Source: an uncultured Gemmatimonadales bacterium
Lineage (GTDB): Bacteria; Gemmatimonadota; Gemmatimonadetes; Gemmatimonadales; GWC2-71-9
Assembly: GCA_963779755.1 (NCBI GenBank)
Contig: CAVZZO010000001.1
Location: 1,856,001-1,920,000, forward strand
DNA length: 64,000 nt
Direction of reading: 5' to 3'
Positions 51,498 through 61,279 of the stretch are shown piece after piece (the first letter of the stretch is position 1; every line of letters begins with the position of its first letter). The notes under the pieces are model-generated. The model had not been told where the DNA came from. It worked only from the letters and a program-made list of their open reading frames with translations, and made no database searches. The position numbers and the translations under genes were made by a program.

Positions 51498-53027
51498 ATG
51501 CCCGACACCCTTACGCTGGACGGCCGCAGTCTCACCGTCGAGGCCACGGCGCGGTTTGCCCGGACGGCCGATCTTCAGCTCCGGCTCGATCCGGCGGCCC
51601 TGGAGACGCTGGCGGCGAGCCGCCGGCGGGTGGAAGCGGCCATCGCCGGCGGGCAGGCGATCTACGGCATCAACACCGGATTCGGCAAGCTGGCGAATGT
51701 CCGGATCGACCCCGAACGGCTGGACGACCTCCAGGCCAACCTGATTCGCAGCCATGCCGCGGGCGTGGGCGATCCCCTCCCGCCCGACGTGGTGCGGGCC
51801 GTCATGCTGCTTCGGGCCAACGTGCTCCTGCGGCCCACCAGCGGCGTCAGGCCGGCCTTGGTGGAAGCGCTGGCCGCTCTGCTGCAGAGTGGGATTGTTC
51901 CCCGGGTGCCGGAGCAGGGAAGTGTGGGGGCGAGCGGCGACCTGGCTCCGCTGGCCCACATAGCCCAGGTGCTGATGGGCGAGGGCCAGGTGCTGGGGCC
52001 CGCGGGAGCGGAACCCGCCGCCGCCGCACTGGCGGGGGCCGGGCTCGCCCCCTACCGCCTCGCTCCCAAGGAAGGCCTGGCGTTCATCAATGGCACCCAG
52101 GCGCAAACCGCCCTGCTGGCGCTCCTGGTGTACGACAGCGAGGTCCTCTGGCGCACGGCAGTGGCCGCCGCCGCCCTCAGCCTGGAGGCGCTCCGGGGCA
52201 CGCCGGTGCCGCTCGACCCGCGCATTCACCAGGCCCGTCCCCATCCCGGCCAGATCCAGACGGCGGCCCTGATGCGGCGCCTGCTGGAAGGCAGTGAGAT
52301 TCGCGAATCCCACCGCGAGAACGACCCCAGAGTGCAGGACGCCTACAGCCTGCGATGTACCCCGCAGGTGCTGGGTGCGGTGGCCGACGCCATCCGCTTT
52401 GCCCGGGAGACGGTGGCCGTCGAGTTGAATGCCTCCACCGACAACCCTCTGGTCTTCGAGGGCGGCGACGTGCTCTCGGGCGGCAACTTCCACGGCCAGC
52501 CGGTGGCCCAGGCGCTCGATTTTCTGGGGGTAGCACTCACCACGCTCCAGGCGATCGCCGAGCGGCGGGTGGAGCGGCTGGTCAATCCCGATCTCTCTCA
52601 GGGGCTGCCCGCCTTCCTCACGGCCGATCCCGGTCTGCGCTCCGGGTTCATGATGGTCCAGATCACCGCCGCCTCGCTGGTGGCGGAGTCGCGGACGCTG
52701 GGGCATCCGGCCAGCACCGGCTCCATTCCGACCGACGCCAACCAGGAGGACTTCGTTCCCATGGGAATGGCGGCGGCGTGGAAGGTGCGGCGGATCCTGC
52801 AGAATGCGCGGCGCGTCGTGGCGGCCGAACTGCTCTGCGGCGCCCAGGGGCTGGAATACCTGCGCCCGCTCCAGCCGGGCCGGGGGGTGGGCCGGCTGTA
52901 CGCCCGGATCCGCGGCGAGGCGGGCATCCCGCCGCTGACCGACGATCGTCCGCCGGCGCCGGATCTGGAACGGCTGGCCGCAGCGCTGGCGGGCGGTCTC
53001 CTCGATCCCGGCCCCGGGGAGGGGTGA
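51498..53027 (+). CDS. hutH: Histidine ammonia-lyase
   Basis: YGINTGFG, NLIRSHAAGVG, MIO motif GSVGASGDLAPL, KEGLAFINGT, VQDAYSLRC, ANQEDFV.MG. Confidence 0.95.
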   Translation: MPDTLTLDGRSLTVEATARFARTADLQLRLDPAALETLAASRRRVEAAIAGGQAIYGINTGFGKLANVRIDPERLDDLQANLIRSHAAGVGDPLPPDVVRAVMLLRANVLLRPTSGVRPALVEALAALLQSGIVPRVPEQGSVGASGDLAPLAHIAQVLMGEGQVLGPAGAEPAAAALAGAGLAPYRLAPKEGLAFINGTQAQTALLALLVYDSEVLWRTAVAAAALSLEALRGTPVPLDPRIHQARPHPGQIQTAALMRRLLEGSEIRESHRENDPRVQDAYSLRCTPQVLGAVADAIRFARETVAVELNASTDNPLVFEGGDVLSGGNFHGQPVAQALDFLGVALTTLQAIAERRVERLVNPDLSQGLPAFLTADPGLRSGFMMVQITAASLVAESRTLGHPASTGSIPTDANQEDFVPMGMAAAWKVRRILQNARRVVAAELLCGAQGLEYLRPLQPGRGVGRLYARIRGEAGIPPLTDDRPPAPDLERLAAALAGGLLDPGPGEG

Positions 53028-53151
53028 CCGGCTCCGGGCGCGGCCCCGTTTCGGTCTCCCTGCCTGTCTCGTATCTTGGTACGTCCGGGGCAGTTCGGTT
53101 ATCTTGCCCAGATTACCCGCATCCTCTTTTCCCTCTCGTCGCCCGGGCCGG

Positions 53152-55629
53152 ATGAATCTCGAGAAACTCAAGGACGCGGCACGTAAATACGAGCAAAAGG
53201 AGGACTGGCGCCGGGCCATCGACGTCTATCTGAAGGCCATCCAGGAGTTCGAGTCGGGTCACGATCCCAATCCCGACCTCTCGATCTACAACCGGCTGGG
53301 CGACCTGTACATGAAGGCGAACGACCCGGCCGACGCCGTCCAGGCTTACGAGCGGGCCGCCGATCTGTACGCCGAGCAGGGGTTTCTGAACAATGCGGTG
53401 GCGCTCTGCGGCAAGATCCTGCGGGTGAACCCGGGCCGGATCCAGGCGTACCTCAAGCTGGCCTATCTGCACGCGCGCAAGAACGTGGTCATCGAGGCCA
53501 AGAAGAACCTGCTCGAGTACCTCGAGCGGATGAACGCCGCCAGGCAGCTGGATGAAGCCTTCAAGGCGATGAAATCCTTCGCCGACCAGTTCCCCGGCAA
53601 CCAGGAAATCCGTCTGATGCTGAGCGAGCTGCTCCGCGCCTCCTCCCGCGACGACGAAGCGCGCGAGGAGTTGGAGAAGCTCAACGTGGATATGGATTTC
53701 GAATCCCGGGGCGACACCCAGGGGGCCCGCAAGCCCCGGGAACGGCTCTCCCGGCTGGATTCCGACCTTCCCGGCCGCAAGAACGACCTGGTGTTCCTGG
53801 ATATCGGGATCGAAGTCTCCGAACCGGCGGCCCGCCCCGCGGCGCCGCCGCACCGGCGCGCGACCGTCCGCACCCCGCGGCCCACGGTACGCATGTCGCC
53901 GGCCTCGGAGGAACCCCTGGTGGCCGATGAGCCGGACACGGCCGCCCCCGCCGGGGAGCCGCTCGACCTGGAGCCCACCAGTCTGGCCGCCGAAGCAGCG
54001 GCCGTCGAACCGGCGCCGGAATCGCAGATGCCTGACGACCTGCTCCGCGCCGATTCCGGCCTGGGCGAGGAGACGGAGGCCGTGGGCGGGAATCTCGATC
54101 TCGAGACGACGGCCATGGAGGAGGACCTCGAGGCCGGCCCGGTTGAGCGCCTCGAGGGGCTGGACATCGAAAGGCCGCCCGACAATGTCCCCGGCGTCGA
54201 AGGGCTGGAGTCCACGGCGGAGGAGGGGCTGGAGGGCATCAGTCTCGACGAGGCCTTCGAGTCGCTGGAGGTGGAGCACACCTCGCTGATTGAAGAGCCT
54301 GCCCCGGGCGAGGCCGAGGCTTCGGCCGCCGACGATCTCGAAATCCTGATTGAAGCCGAGCTGAGCGACGGCGGCGACGCCGCCGACGACCCCGGGCTGG
54401 CCCCCTTCGGGACCGGTCTGGAGGAGATGGTGGTGGAAGTCTCGCCCGAGGCCGAGATCGGGCCCGCCGACGAGGGCCTGGACGACTGGGTCCTCATGGA
54501 CCAGTCGGACGCGGACCTGCCGACCGAGTCGGACGACGACTCCGAGGTGAGCGAGGCGGTAGCCTTCGTCGACCCCAACACCCCGCCGCAGATCGAAGCG
54601 CTGGAAGAGCAGGTGCTGGACGACCCGGAGAATCCGGAGCCGCATCGCCGGCTGGGCGAGGCGCTGCTCAGCGTGGGGCAGGTCGAGCGGGGCGCCGACG
54701 AGCTCGATCTGGCCCTCATGGCGTACGAGAATCTGGAAGACTGGGAACATGCGCTGGATGTGGTACACGAGCTCATCCGGCTCGATCCCGGCAGCGTGCG
54801 CTATTTCCAGAAGCGGGTGGAGATCGCCTATCGGATGGGTGAGAAGGGCCGGCTGATCGACGCCTACCTGGAGCTGGGTGATGCGTTGATGCGCTCCGGT
54901 TCCATGGAGAAAGCCCTGGCGGTGTACCACCGGGTAGCGGAGCACGATCCCCACAACACACGGGCCAATGCGGCCATCCAGGCCCTGGAATCGCCCGAGG
55001 AGCGGGGGTTGGTGCCGCCGGCCATCCCGGGCCAGGAGCCGAGCCAGGAGGAAGGCCCCCGTGCCCCGCAGCCGCCGCCGGAGGCGGTGGAGGAGAGCGG
55101 ATACGTGGATCTCGCCGGGCTCATCGCCGAGGTCGAGCCCGTCCGCGATACCCGCATGCGGATCGAAGACGAAGAGCCCACCGGCGATGAGGAAAAAGAC
55201 TTCGCCGAGATGCTGCGCCAGTTCAAGCGGGGGATCGAGGAGAACATCGAAGCCGAAGATTTCCAGTCGCACTACGATCTGGGCGTTGCCTTCAAGGAAA
55301 TGGGGTTGCTGGACGAAGCCATCGCCGAGTTCCAGAAGGCGCTGCGGGCCCCCGAAGGCCGGCTGCGGACCTCCGAAGCCCTGGGGATATGTTTCTTCGA
55401 GAAGGAGCAGTTCACCATCGCCGAAGCCATCCTCCGCCGGGCCACCGAGGGGCAGCCCGGGTCGGACGACGAAAAAGTCGCGCTGCTCTACTGGCTGGGC
55501 CGCTCGCTCGAAGCGCAGAACCGTGCCGACGAGGCGGTGGCGGTGTACCGGCGGGTGATGGCCGTGGACATCCGCTTCGCCGATACCGGAACCCGGGTGC
55601 GCCAGATCGGCGCGGGACGGCCCGCATGA
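53152..55629 (+). CDS. Large TPR protein with long acidic linker (SgmX/FimV-like architecture)
   Basis: N-terminal TPRs (IYNRLGDLY, AVALCGKIL), long D/E-rich region, C-terminal SHYDLGVAFKEMGLLDEAIAEFQKA TPR block. Confidence 0.8.
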   Translation: MNLEKLKDAARKYEQKEDWRRAIDVYLKAIQEFESGHDPNPDLSIYNRLGDLYMKANDPADAVQAYERAADLYAEQGFLNNAVALCGKILRVNPGRIQAYLKLAYLHARKNVVIEAKKNLLEYLERMNAARQLDEAFKAMKSFADQFPGNQEIRLMLSELLRASSRDDEAREELEKLNVDMDFESRGDTQGARKPRERLSRLDSDLPGRKNDLVFLDIGIEVSEPAARPAAPPHRRATVRTPRPTVRMSPASEEPLVADEPDTAAPAGEPLDLEPTSLAAEAAAVEPAPESQMPDDLLRADSGLGEETEAVGGNLDLETTAMEEDLEAGPVERLEGLDIERPPDNVPGVEGLESTAEEGLEGISLDEAFESLEVEHTSLIEEPAPGEAEASAADDLEILIEAELSDGGDAADDPGLAPFGTGLEEMVVEVSPEAEIGPADEGLDDWVLMDQSDADLPTESDDDSEVSEAVAFVDPNTPPQIEALEEQVLDDPENPEPHRRLGEALLSVGQVERGADELDLALMAYENLEDWEHALDVVHELIRLDPGSVRYFQKRVEIAYRMGEKGRLIDAYLELGDALMRSGSMEKALAVYHRVAEHDPHNTRANAAIQALESPEERGLVPPAIPGQEPSQEEGPRAPQPPPEAVEESGYVDLAGLIAEVEPVRDTRMRIEDEEPTGDEEKDFAEMLRQFKRGIEENIEAEDFQSHYDLGVAFKEMGLLDEAIAEFQKALRAPEGRLRTSEALGICFFEKEQFTIAEAILRRATEGQPGSDDEKVALLYWLGRSLEAQNRADEAVAVYRRVMAVDIRFADTGTRVRQIGAGRPA

Positions 55630-56615
55630 GCTCCCCGACGCTTCCCGTCGAGCTCCAGGATCTGCAGGCTCCCGTGGCGCAGCAGCTCGAAGGGGTCATC
55701 GAGGAGCTGCAGCGGATCGTCTGGTCCGACTTCCCGCTGATCACCGAAGTCAACCACCATCTGCTCCAGATGCGGGGGAAGATGTTCCGGCCCACCCTGC
55801 TGCTGCTGGCCAACCAGGCCACCGGCGGCCAGGACGGCCGGGGCGCCACCATGGCGGCGGTGGTGGAGCTGATCCACCTCGCCACGCTGGTGCACGACGA
55901 CTCGGTCGATCACTCGGTCACCCGGCGCGGGATGCCGACCGTCAACGCACTCTTCAGCCACCAGATCTCCGTCATCATGGGCGACTATCTGTACTCGCGC
56001 GCGGTGATCGAGCTGGTGCGGCTGGACGACCTGGAGCCCCTGCGGGTACTGGCCCGGGTCACCAACGAGATGACCGTTGGCGAAATGCGCCAGCTGCTTT
56101 CGCACGAGCCGCTGACTTTCACCGAAGCCGATTACGACCTGCTGATCCGCTCCAAGACGGCGTCGCTCCTGTCGGGCGCGTGCGAGGTCGGCGCGCTGCG
56201 GGCCGATCCCGACGCGCGGGCGGCCCTCCGGCGCTTCGGCGCCAATCTGGGAATGGCGTTCCAGATTGTGGACGATCTGCTGGACTACACCGAACCCGAG
56301 GCGGTGACCGGCAAGCCCAGCGGCTCCGACCTGCGGGAACACAAGGTCACGCTCCCGCTGATCCGGGCTCTGCCCCGGCTCACCGCCGCCGAACGGGCCG
56401 AAGTGGACCTGCTGATGCAGACCGGCGAGCCCAGCGACAGCCAGATTGCCCGGGTGGTGGAGGCGGTTGGCCGGGCCGGTGGCCTGGAATATGCCCGCAC
56501 CCGTGCCCAGCGGTTCGCCGAACTGGCCGAGGCCGAGCTGGAGACCATTCCGGGCGGGCAGGCTACCGAGGCGCTCCGGGCCAGTATCACCTACGTGCTG
56601 GAACGGCGGCGCTGA
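55626..56615 (+). CDS. Trans-polyprenyl diphosphate synthase (IspB/HepT-like)
   Basis: GKMFRP, ATLVHDDSVD..RRG, KTASL, AFQIVDDLLD, GKP.GSDLRE.K. Confidence 0.93.
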   Translation: MSSPTLPVELQDLQAPVAQQLEGVIEELQRIVWSDFPLITEVNHHLLQMRGKMFRPTLLLLANQATGGQDGRGATMAAVVELIHLATLVHDDSVDHSVTRRGMPTVNALFSHQISVIMGDYLYSRAVIELVRLDDLEPLRVLARVTNEMTVGEMRQLLSHEPLTFTEADYDLLIRSKTASLLSGACEVGALRADPDARAALRRFGANLGMAFQIVDDLLDYTEPEAVTGKPSGSDLREHKVTLPLIRALPRLTAAERAEVDLLMQTGEPSDSQIARVVEAVGRAGGLEYARTRAQRFAELAEAELETIPGGQATEALRASITYVLERRR

Positions 56616-56887
56616 TGGCGACCGGTCCCCGGCGGCCCGGCTTCTACCTGGGCGTACTGACGGCGGGCTTCCTCGCCGGGGGGTTCCTGACCGCCCTCCT
56701 GCAGGAGTTCCTGCCGGACAGCGTGGCGAAACAGGTGTTCACCTATACGGTGACCCCGTCCATCGGGCCCTTTTCGGCGGACCTGCTGGTGGTCAATTTG
56801 ACTCTGGGGCCCCTGGGGCTGCATGTTTCAATACTGAGTCTGCTTGGCGTCGTGCTGGCCTATCTGGTCGCGCGTTCGCTCTTCTGA
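56615..56887 (+). CDS. Small two-TM membrane protein (DUF4321-like)
   Basis: 90 aa; two hydrophobic segments with IGPFSADLLVVNLTLG between; TGATG overlap with the upstream gene. Confidence 0.6.
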   Translation: MATGPRRPGFYLGVLTAGFLAGGFLTALLQEFLPDSVAKQVFTYTVTPSIGPFSADLLVVNLTLGPLGLHVSILSLLGVVLAYLVARSLF

Positions 56888-56899
56888 GGAGTCATAATC

Positions 56900-57154
56900 A
56901 TGTTCGGGAATCTGGGGTTCGGCGAAATCATGATGATCCTGGTGGTGCTGCTGCTCGTATTCGGGGCGCGGCGACTGCCGGAAATCGGGTCGTCGTTCGG
57001 GAAAGGCATCCGGGAGTTCAAGCGCAGCCTGACCGATACGCAGGATGCCATCGCCGGCCGTCCGAAGCAGGAGGATGGGGCCAGTCAGAACCGGCAGCTG
57101 GACGGGCCGCCGGCCCCGCCTTCCGGGGGAGAGCCCAAGCGGCTGTCCCAGTGA
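56900..57154 (+). CDS. tatA: Twin-arginine translocase TatA/E subunit
   Basis: LG..EI..ILVVLLLVFGARRLPEIGSSFGKGIREFK; GAGGAG SD. Confidence 0.95.
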   Translation: MFGNLGFGEIMMILVVLLLVFGARRLPEIGSSFGKGIREFKRSLTDTQDAIAGRPKQEDGASQNRQLDGPPAPPSGGEPKRLSQ

Positions 57155-57225
57155 TCCGTCGATGATCCGGAGGCCGCTGGAACACGCCGGAGATGCCGGG
57201 TAATCGGTGTCTGCCGTGACAGGAC

Positions 57226-57263
57226 AAAAAAGGGGGGCGGCCCATCGGGCCGCCCCCCCTTTT
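57226..57263. terminator. Bidirectional intrinsic terminator between tatA and the convergent foldase gene
   Basis: AAAAAA-GGGGGGCGGCCC-ATC-GGGCCGCCCCCC-CTTTT. Confidence 0.88.
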
Positions 57264-57282
57264 GGTCCGGGCCGCCGTGCGG

Positions 57283-59121
57283 TCAGCGGCTCTGGGTCTG
57301 CGCGTTCTGGGCTTCGATCTGAGCGTTGGTCTTGGCCAGCTGTGCCCGGTTGTCGATCACCTCGGCTTCATCCTTCAGGTTGGCCACGTAGCTCTGGATC
57401 CGGTTCTGCTGTGCCTGCCGGATGGCCTGCACCCGCAGATCGTCCATCTGCTTGACGAAGGCGGCGGAATCGGCCGACGTATGCTGGAGTACCTGGAGGA
57501 AGTAGATCCCGTCCTTGGTGTCCAGCATGGGGCTGACCTGGCCCTCTTTCACCCCGAAGGCCGCCCCCACCAACTGGGGGCTGGGCAGCGGCGGACTCAC
57601 CCGGGGGAAGGGCCCCAGTTCCTGGTGCGGCAGCTTGAGGGCTTCCGCCACCTGCCGGAGCGAACTGCCCTCCTTGAGCCGCTTCTCCACCTGCTGCCCC
57701 AACTCGCGGGCCTTGGCCCACTTCTTTTCGTCCTGGACAGCCAGGGCGACGGCGGAGCGGATCTCGTTCAGAGGAGGGACGCCCGCCGCCTGAGTGCTGT
57801 CCAGCCGGAAGAGGAAGAAGGCGTCGGGAGACTCGATGACCGGGCTGACCTCACCCTGCTGCGCCTGGAAGGCCCAGACGCCCGCATCGGACACCGCGTA
57901 GCGGCCCACCTGGACGCGGCTGCCCTGTTGTACCGGGGCGGTCTTGCCGATGCGCAGGTTGAGCACGCGGGCGACCGTATCCAGGGCGGCGGGATCCAGC
58001 CGCTCGGCGGCCAGGGCATCCAGCGTATCGGCTTCGCTGTCGAGCTTGTCGCGGTGGTCGCCGGTGACCTCGATGGGGATGAGAATATGGCGGCCGGTGG
58101 CCTTGTCGCCCTTCCGGCTGGTGACCTCGATCAGGTGGTAGCCGAACTGGGTCAGGACCGGCTGGCTGACGGTATTGAGCGGCATCGAGAAGGCGGCGGA
58201 ATCGAAGGCCGGCGCGAACTGGCCCCGGGTCCACTCGCCCAGATCGCCGCCCTTCTTGGCGGAGACCGAATCGGCGCTTTCCTGCTTGGCCACCTCGGCG
58301 AACGGCGTCCCGTCCTCGATTTCCTTGCGGAGATCGCGGGCCCGCTGCAGGGCCGCGGCGGTATCCGAGGCGTTGGGCTGCCGCGCCAGCGCGAGGTAGC
58401 TCAGGAAGGCGGTCCGGGGGCGCTCGAATTCCTTCTGGTGCTGGTTGTAGTACCGGGAAATCTCGGCATCGGTGACCGTCACCGCCGAATCGGGGATGAC
58501 GGTCCGCGGCACGATGGCCGTGAGCAGGATCTTCACCTGCTCGTGCTGGTCCCGGTACTTCTGCCACAGCGCGGGATCGGACAGGAAGACGTCGGCCGTG
58601 ACCAGGCGCCACAGTTTGGCCTTCTTGATTTCGTCCCGGTACTGGGCCTCGAGGTAGGGGATCACCTGCTGGCCGCTGCTGGACTGGAGCCAGAGCTGGT
58701 ACTTGTTCGGGTCGAACTTGCCGTTCGTCTGGAAGTTGGGATCCTGCAGGATCTGCGGCAGCGGATTGTTCCGGATGGCGTCTGCGACCTCCTCCGGCGT
58801 CACCGTGATGTCATGCTGCTTGACCGCCTGGGTCAGCACCCGGTCCTGGATCAGCTGGTTCCAGATCTGATCCCGGATCTGCTGAATGTCCTCCAGGCTG
58901 AGCGGCGTGCTGCGCTGCTGCTGGCTCTGCTGAATGGCCTCCTGTACCGCCTGTTCGTAGCGCCGGGAGTCGATCGACTGGCCGTTGATCTTTCCCACGC
59001 TGGAACTGGAAAAGAGCCCCCCACTGGAGAGGCCGCTGAGTTCGCCCAGCAGCCAGAACACCAGCAGGGCGCCGAAGACGATGACGATGATTTTGCTGCT
59101 GCTGCGAAACGCTTGCATCAT
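57283..59121 (-). CDS. ppiD: PpiD/SurA-like membrane-anchored parvulin chaperone
   Basis: N-terminal TM, SurA_N-like region (VGKINGQSI, F..NGKFD), rotamase F.EVAKQES.D.SAKKGGDLG, TQFGYHLI. Confidence 0.85.
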   Translation of the reverse strand: MMQAFRSSSKIIVIVFGALLVFWLLGELSGLSSGGLFSSSSVGKINGQSIDSRRYEQAVQEAIQQSQQQRSTPLSLEDIQQIRDQIWNQLIQDRVLTQAVKQHDITVTPEEVADAIRNNPLPQILQDPNFQTNGKFDPNKYQLWLQSSSGQQVIPYLEAQYRDEIKKAKLWRLVTADVFLSDPALWQKYRDQHEQVKILLTAIVPRTVIPDSAVTVTDAEISRYYNQHQKEFERPRTAFLSYLALARQPNASDTAAALQRARDLRKEIEDGTPFAEVAKQESADSVSAKKGGDLGEWTRGQFAPAFDSAAFSMPLNTVSQPVLTQFGYHLIEVTSRKGDKATGRHILIPIEVTGDHRDKLDSEADTLDALAAERLDPAALDTVARVLNLRIGKTAPVQQGSRVQVGRYAVSDAGVWAFQAQQGEVSPVIESPDAFFLFRLDSTQAAGVPPLNEIRSAVALAVQDEKKWAKARELGQQVEKRLKEGSSLRQVAEALKLPHQELGPFPRVSPPLPSPQLVGAAFGVKEGQVSPMLDTKDGIYFLQVLQHTSADSAAFVKQMDDLRVQAIRQAQQNRIQSYVANLKDEAEVIDNRAQLAKTNAQIEAQNAQTQSR

Positions 59122-59166
59122 AGGGAAAAATCCCCGCGGAGATTGCTGATCTGGGAAAGAAGGGGA

Positions 59167-59195
59167 ATCTTAAGCCGCCGGGGGGGGATTCTCAA
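59167..59195 (-). promoter_or_regulatory. Candidate sigma70 promoter for the ppiD-like gene (homopolymer in spacer)
   Basis: Minus strand TTGAGA-N17-TAAGAT; G8 at 59180-59187 on + lies in the spacer. Confidence 0.6.
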
Positions 59196-59227
59196 GCGGA
59201 ATCGGGCTATCATCCGCCGCGGGCCGG

Positions 59228-59256
59228 TTGACAGTCGCCCCCGCGATCGCTACTGT
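59228..59256 (+). promoter_or_regulatory. Candidate sigma70 promoter for the TPR-aroQ-pepP-accB-pilT run
   Basis: TTGACA-N17-TACTGT, 40 nt upstream of ATG 59297. Confidence 0.7.
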
Positions 59257-59296
59257 TTGTCTAACTCTGACAACAACTTAGCCCACAGGGCCTGGG

Positions 59297-61279
59297 ATGG
59301 CGCATACCAGCGAAATCGAGAAGCTCGAACAGCGTTGGCGCGACAATCCCCAGAGCCGCCACTTCGCTCCCCTGGCCGATGCCTACCGCAAAACGGGGCA
59401 GTTCGATCGTGCCATCGAGGTGCTGAGCGTCGGCCTGGAGCAGCACCCCGCCTACGCCTCCGCCCACATCGTACTGGGCCGGACCCGCATGGATATGGGG
59501 CAGCCGGCGGAGGCGGAAGCCGCCTTCCGCCGGGTGCTGGAGCTCGACGGCGAGAACGTCATCGCCATCCGCGCCCTCGCCGAGATCAGCGAGGCCGACA
59601 ATCGCCTGGAAGAGGCGGAGCACTGGCTTAACTACCTCCTGTCCATCGACGCCGGCAACGAGGATGCCCGGGAGCAGCTGGGCAACGTGACGGTGCGGCG
59701 TTCCCGGCAGGCCGCCGTTCCCGAGGTGCCGCCCGAGGACGAGCCCGCGGCCGAAGCCGAAGCACCGGTGGCGGAGGACGAGGCGCCGGTAGAGGGCGGG
59801 GAACCGTCCGTGGAGGACGAGGGCGTGGCGGAGCCGGTCGCCCTGGAGGAGGTGCAGGAAGCCGAGACCATGCAGTTCGTCGCCTCCTCCGGCGAGGAAG
59901 CCGGAGAGATCGAGCCCGAGGAAGCACTCCCCATCGAGAGCGCCGCCGACCAGCTGGTGCCCGAACCCATCGATCTGCAGGAGGAGCCGGAGGAGCCGGC
60001 CATCGACCACTGGGCCGATAGCCCCGAATCGCCCGAAGCGCCGGCCCCGCCGTTCGAGCTCGGCGTGGAGCGCCAGGAGGATATCGTCCTGCGCCCCTTG
60101 GGCTCGTCGGAATTCCAGGCGCCCGATGCGTCGCAGGACCTCGCGCCCACCGCCGGGCCGGACGCCACCGGCGAAACCCCGGAGGCGGGGGAAGCGCCGG
60201 CGCCGCCGGCGCCGCCGGCGCTGCCGGCCTGGGCCTCGGAGGAACGGTGGGGCGAAGATCAGTGGGCCAGCCTGAGAGAACCTCCCGGCCCGGCGGCCTC
60301 GGAGCCTCCCGGCAGCATGGAGCCGGCCGATGCCTTTGCCGGCGAGCCCTGGGAGGATGGCAGCCCTGAGGCCGGCATGTGGACCAGCCTCTCGGAGCCG
60401 GGGGCGGTAGTGGGTACGGACGCCGAAGCGGTGGAAGAGATGGCCGCGCCCGAATCCGGGCCTGACCTCGCCGCGGCGGCCGGGCCGAGGGCGTCCAGGG
60501 CCGAACCCACGTCGCCGGAGACCCCGCCCGAGCGCACCATGCTCTCGGAATCCGCGGCGCTCCAGAAGATCGAGGAGGCCCCCCTCGCGCCGCCACCGCC
60601 GCGGCCCGAGCCGGAGAGCGGCGGGCGGCGCCACCTGGAAGACGAACGGGCCGCCGCCGGCGCCCCCCTGACCGAGCCGGAACTGGTCGTGACCCAGAGC
60701 ATGGGCGATGTCTACGCGGCGCAGGGCCACCGGCGGGAAGCGCTCCAGGTCTACCGCCGGCTGCTGGAACGCACCCCGGGCGATGCGGCGCTCAGGCGGA
60801 AGATCGACGCCCTCTCCGAACCGGCGGTTCCCCCGCCGGCTCCGGTGGCCCATGCCGCCCGCGAAACCGGCGGCCAGTCGGTACGCGACTATTTCCACGC
60901 TCTGCTCACCCAGGCATCCAGCGGGGGCGCGGAGCCCGCGGAATCGGCGGCGCCCGAAGGGCCGGGCTCCAGCACTCCCGACGAAGCGTTTGCCGGCGAA
61001 CAGGGGATGAGCGGCGCGCCCACCCGGCCGGCGGCGGAACCGATCTCGCTGAGCGATATCTTCGGCGAGGACTCCTCACCCGTGCCGCCGGTCATGCCGT
61101 CGGGCGAGGAGGAAGAAGAAGAAGGAACCCGCTCCGGCCTGTCGTTCGACGAATTCTTCGGCGACACGCCGCCGCCCCGTCCCGAGGGCCGGCCCCGGCC
61201 GCGCGCGGCGCGCCTCTCCCAGGCGGAACAGGACGACCTCGAGCAGTTCCATAACTGGCTCAAGGGACTGAAGCGCTGA
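59297..61279 (+). CDS. TPR protein with long acidic/Pro-rich disordered region
   Basis: N-terminal TPRs (NPQSRHFAPLADAYRK, YASAHIVLGR), internal TPR (TQSMGDVYAAQG), C-terminal helix DDLEQFHNWLKGLKR. Confidence 0.8.
   Translation: MAHTSEIEKLEQRWRDNPQSRHFAPLADAYRKTGQFDRAIEVLSVGLEQHPAYASAHIVLGRTRMDMGQPAEAEAAFRRVLELDGENVIAIRALAEISEADNRLEEAEHWLNYLLSIDAGNEDAREQLGNVTVRRSRQAAVPEVPPEDEPAAEAEAPVAEDEAPVEGGEPSVEDEGVAEPVALEEVQEAETMQFVASSGEEAGEIEPEEALPIESAADQLVPEPIDLQEEPEEPAIDHWADSPESPEAPAPPFELGVERQEDIVLRPLGSSEFQAPDASQDLAPTAGPDATGETPEAGEAPAPPAPPALPAWASEERWGEDQWASLREPPGPAASEPPGSMEPADAFAGEPWEDGSPEAGMWTSLSEPGAVVGTDAEAVEEMAAPESGPDLAAAAGPRASRAEPTSPETPPERTMLSESAALQKIEEAPLAPPPPRPEPESGGRRHLEDERAAAGAPLTEPELVVTQSMGDVYAAQGHRREALQVYRRLLERTPGDAALRRKIDALSEPAVPPPAPVAHAARETGGQSVRDYFHALLTQASSGGAEPAESAAPEGPGSSTPDEAFAGEQGMSGAPTRPAAEPISLSDIFGEDSSPVPPVMPSGEEEEEEGTRSGLSFDEFFGDTPPPRPEGRPRPRAARLSQAEQDDLEQFHNWLKGLKR

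Noticed and set aside
51498..53027. Ammonia-lyase as a PAL/TAL of a secondary-metabolite cluster
   Set aside because: The SH motif in NLIRSHAAG is HAL-type and no biosynthetic genes adjoin; a stand-alone hutH is unremarkable.
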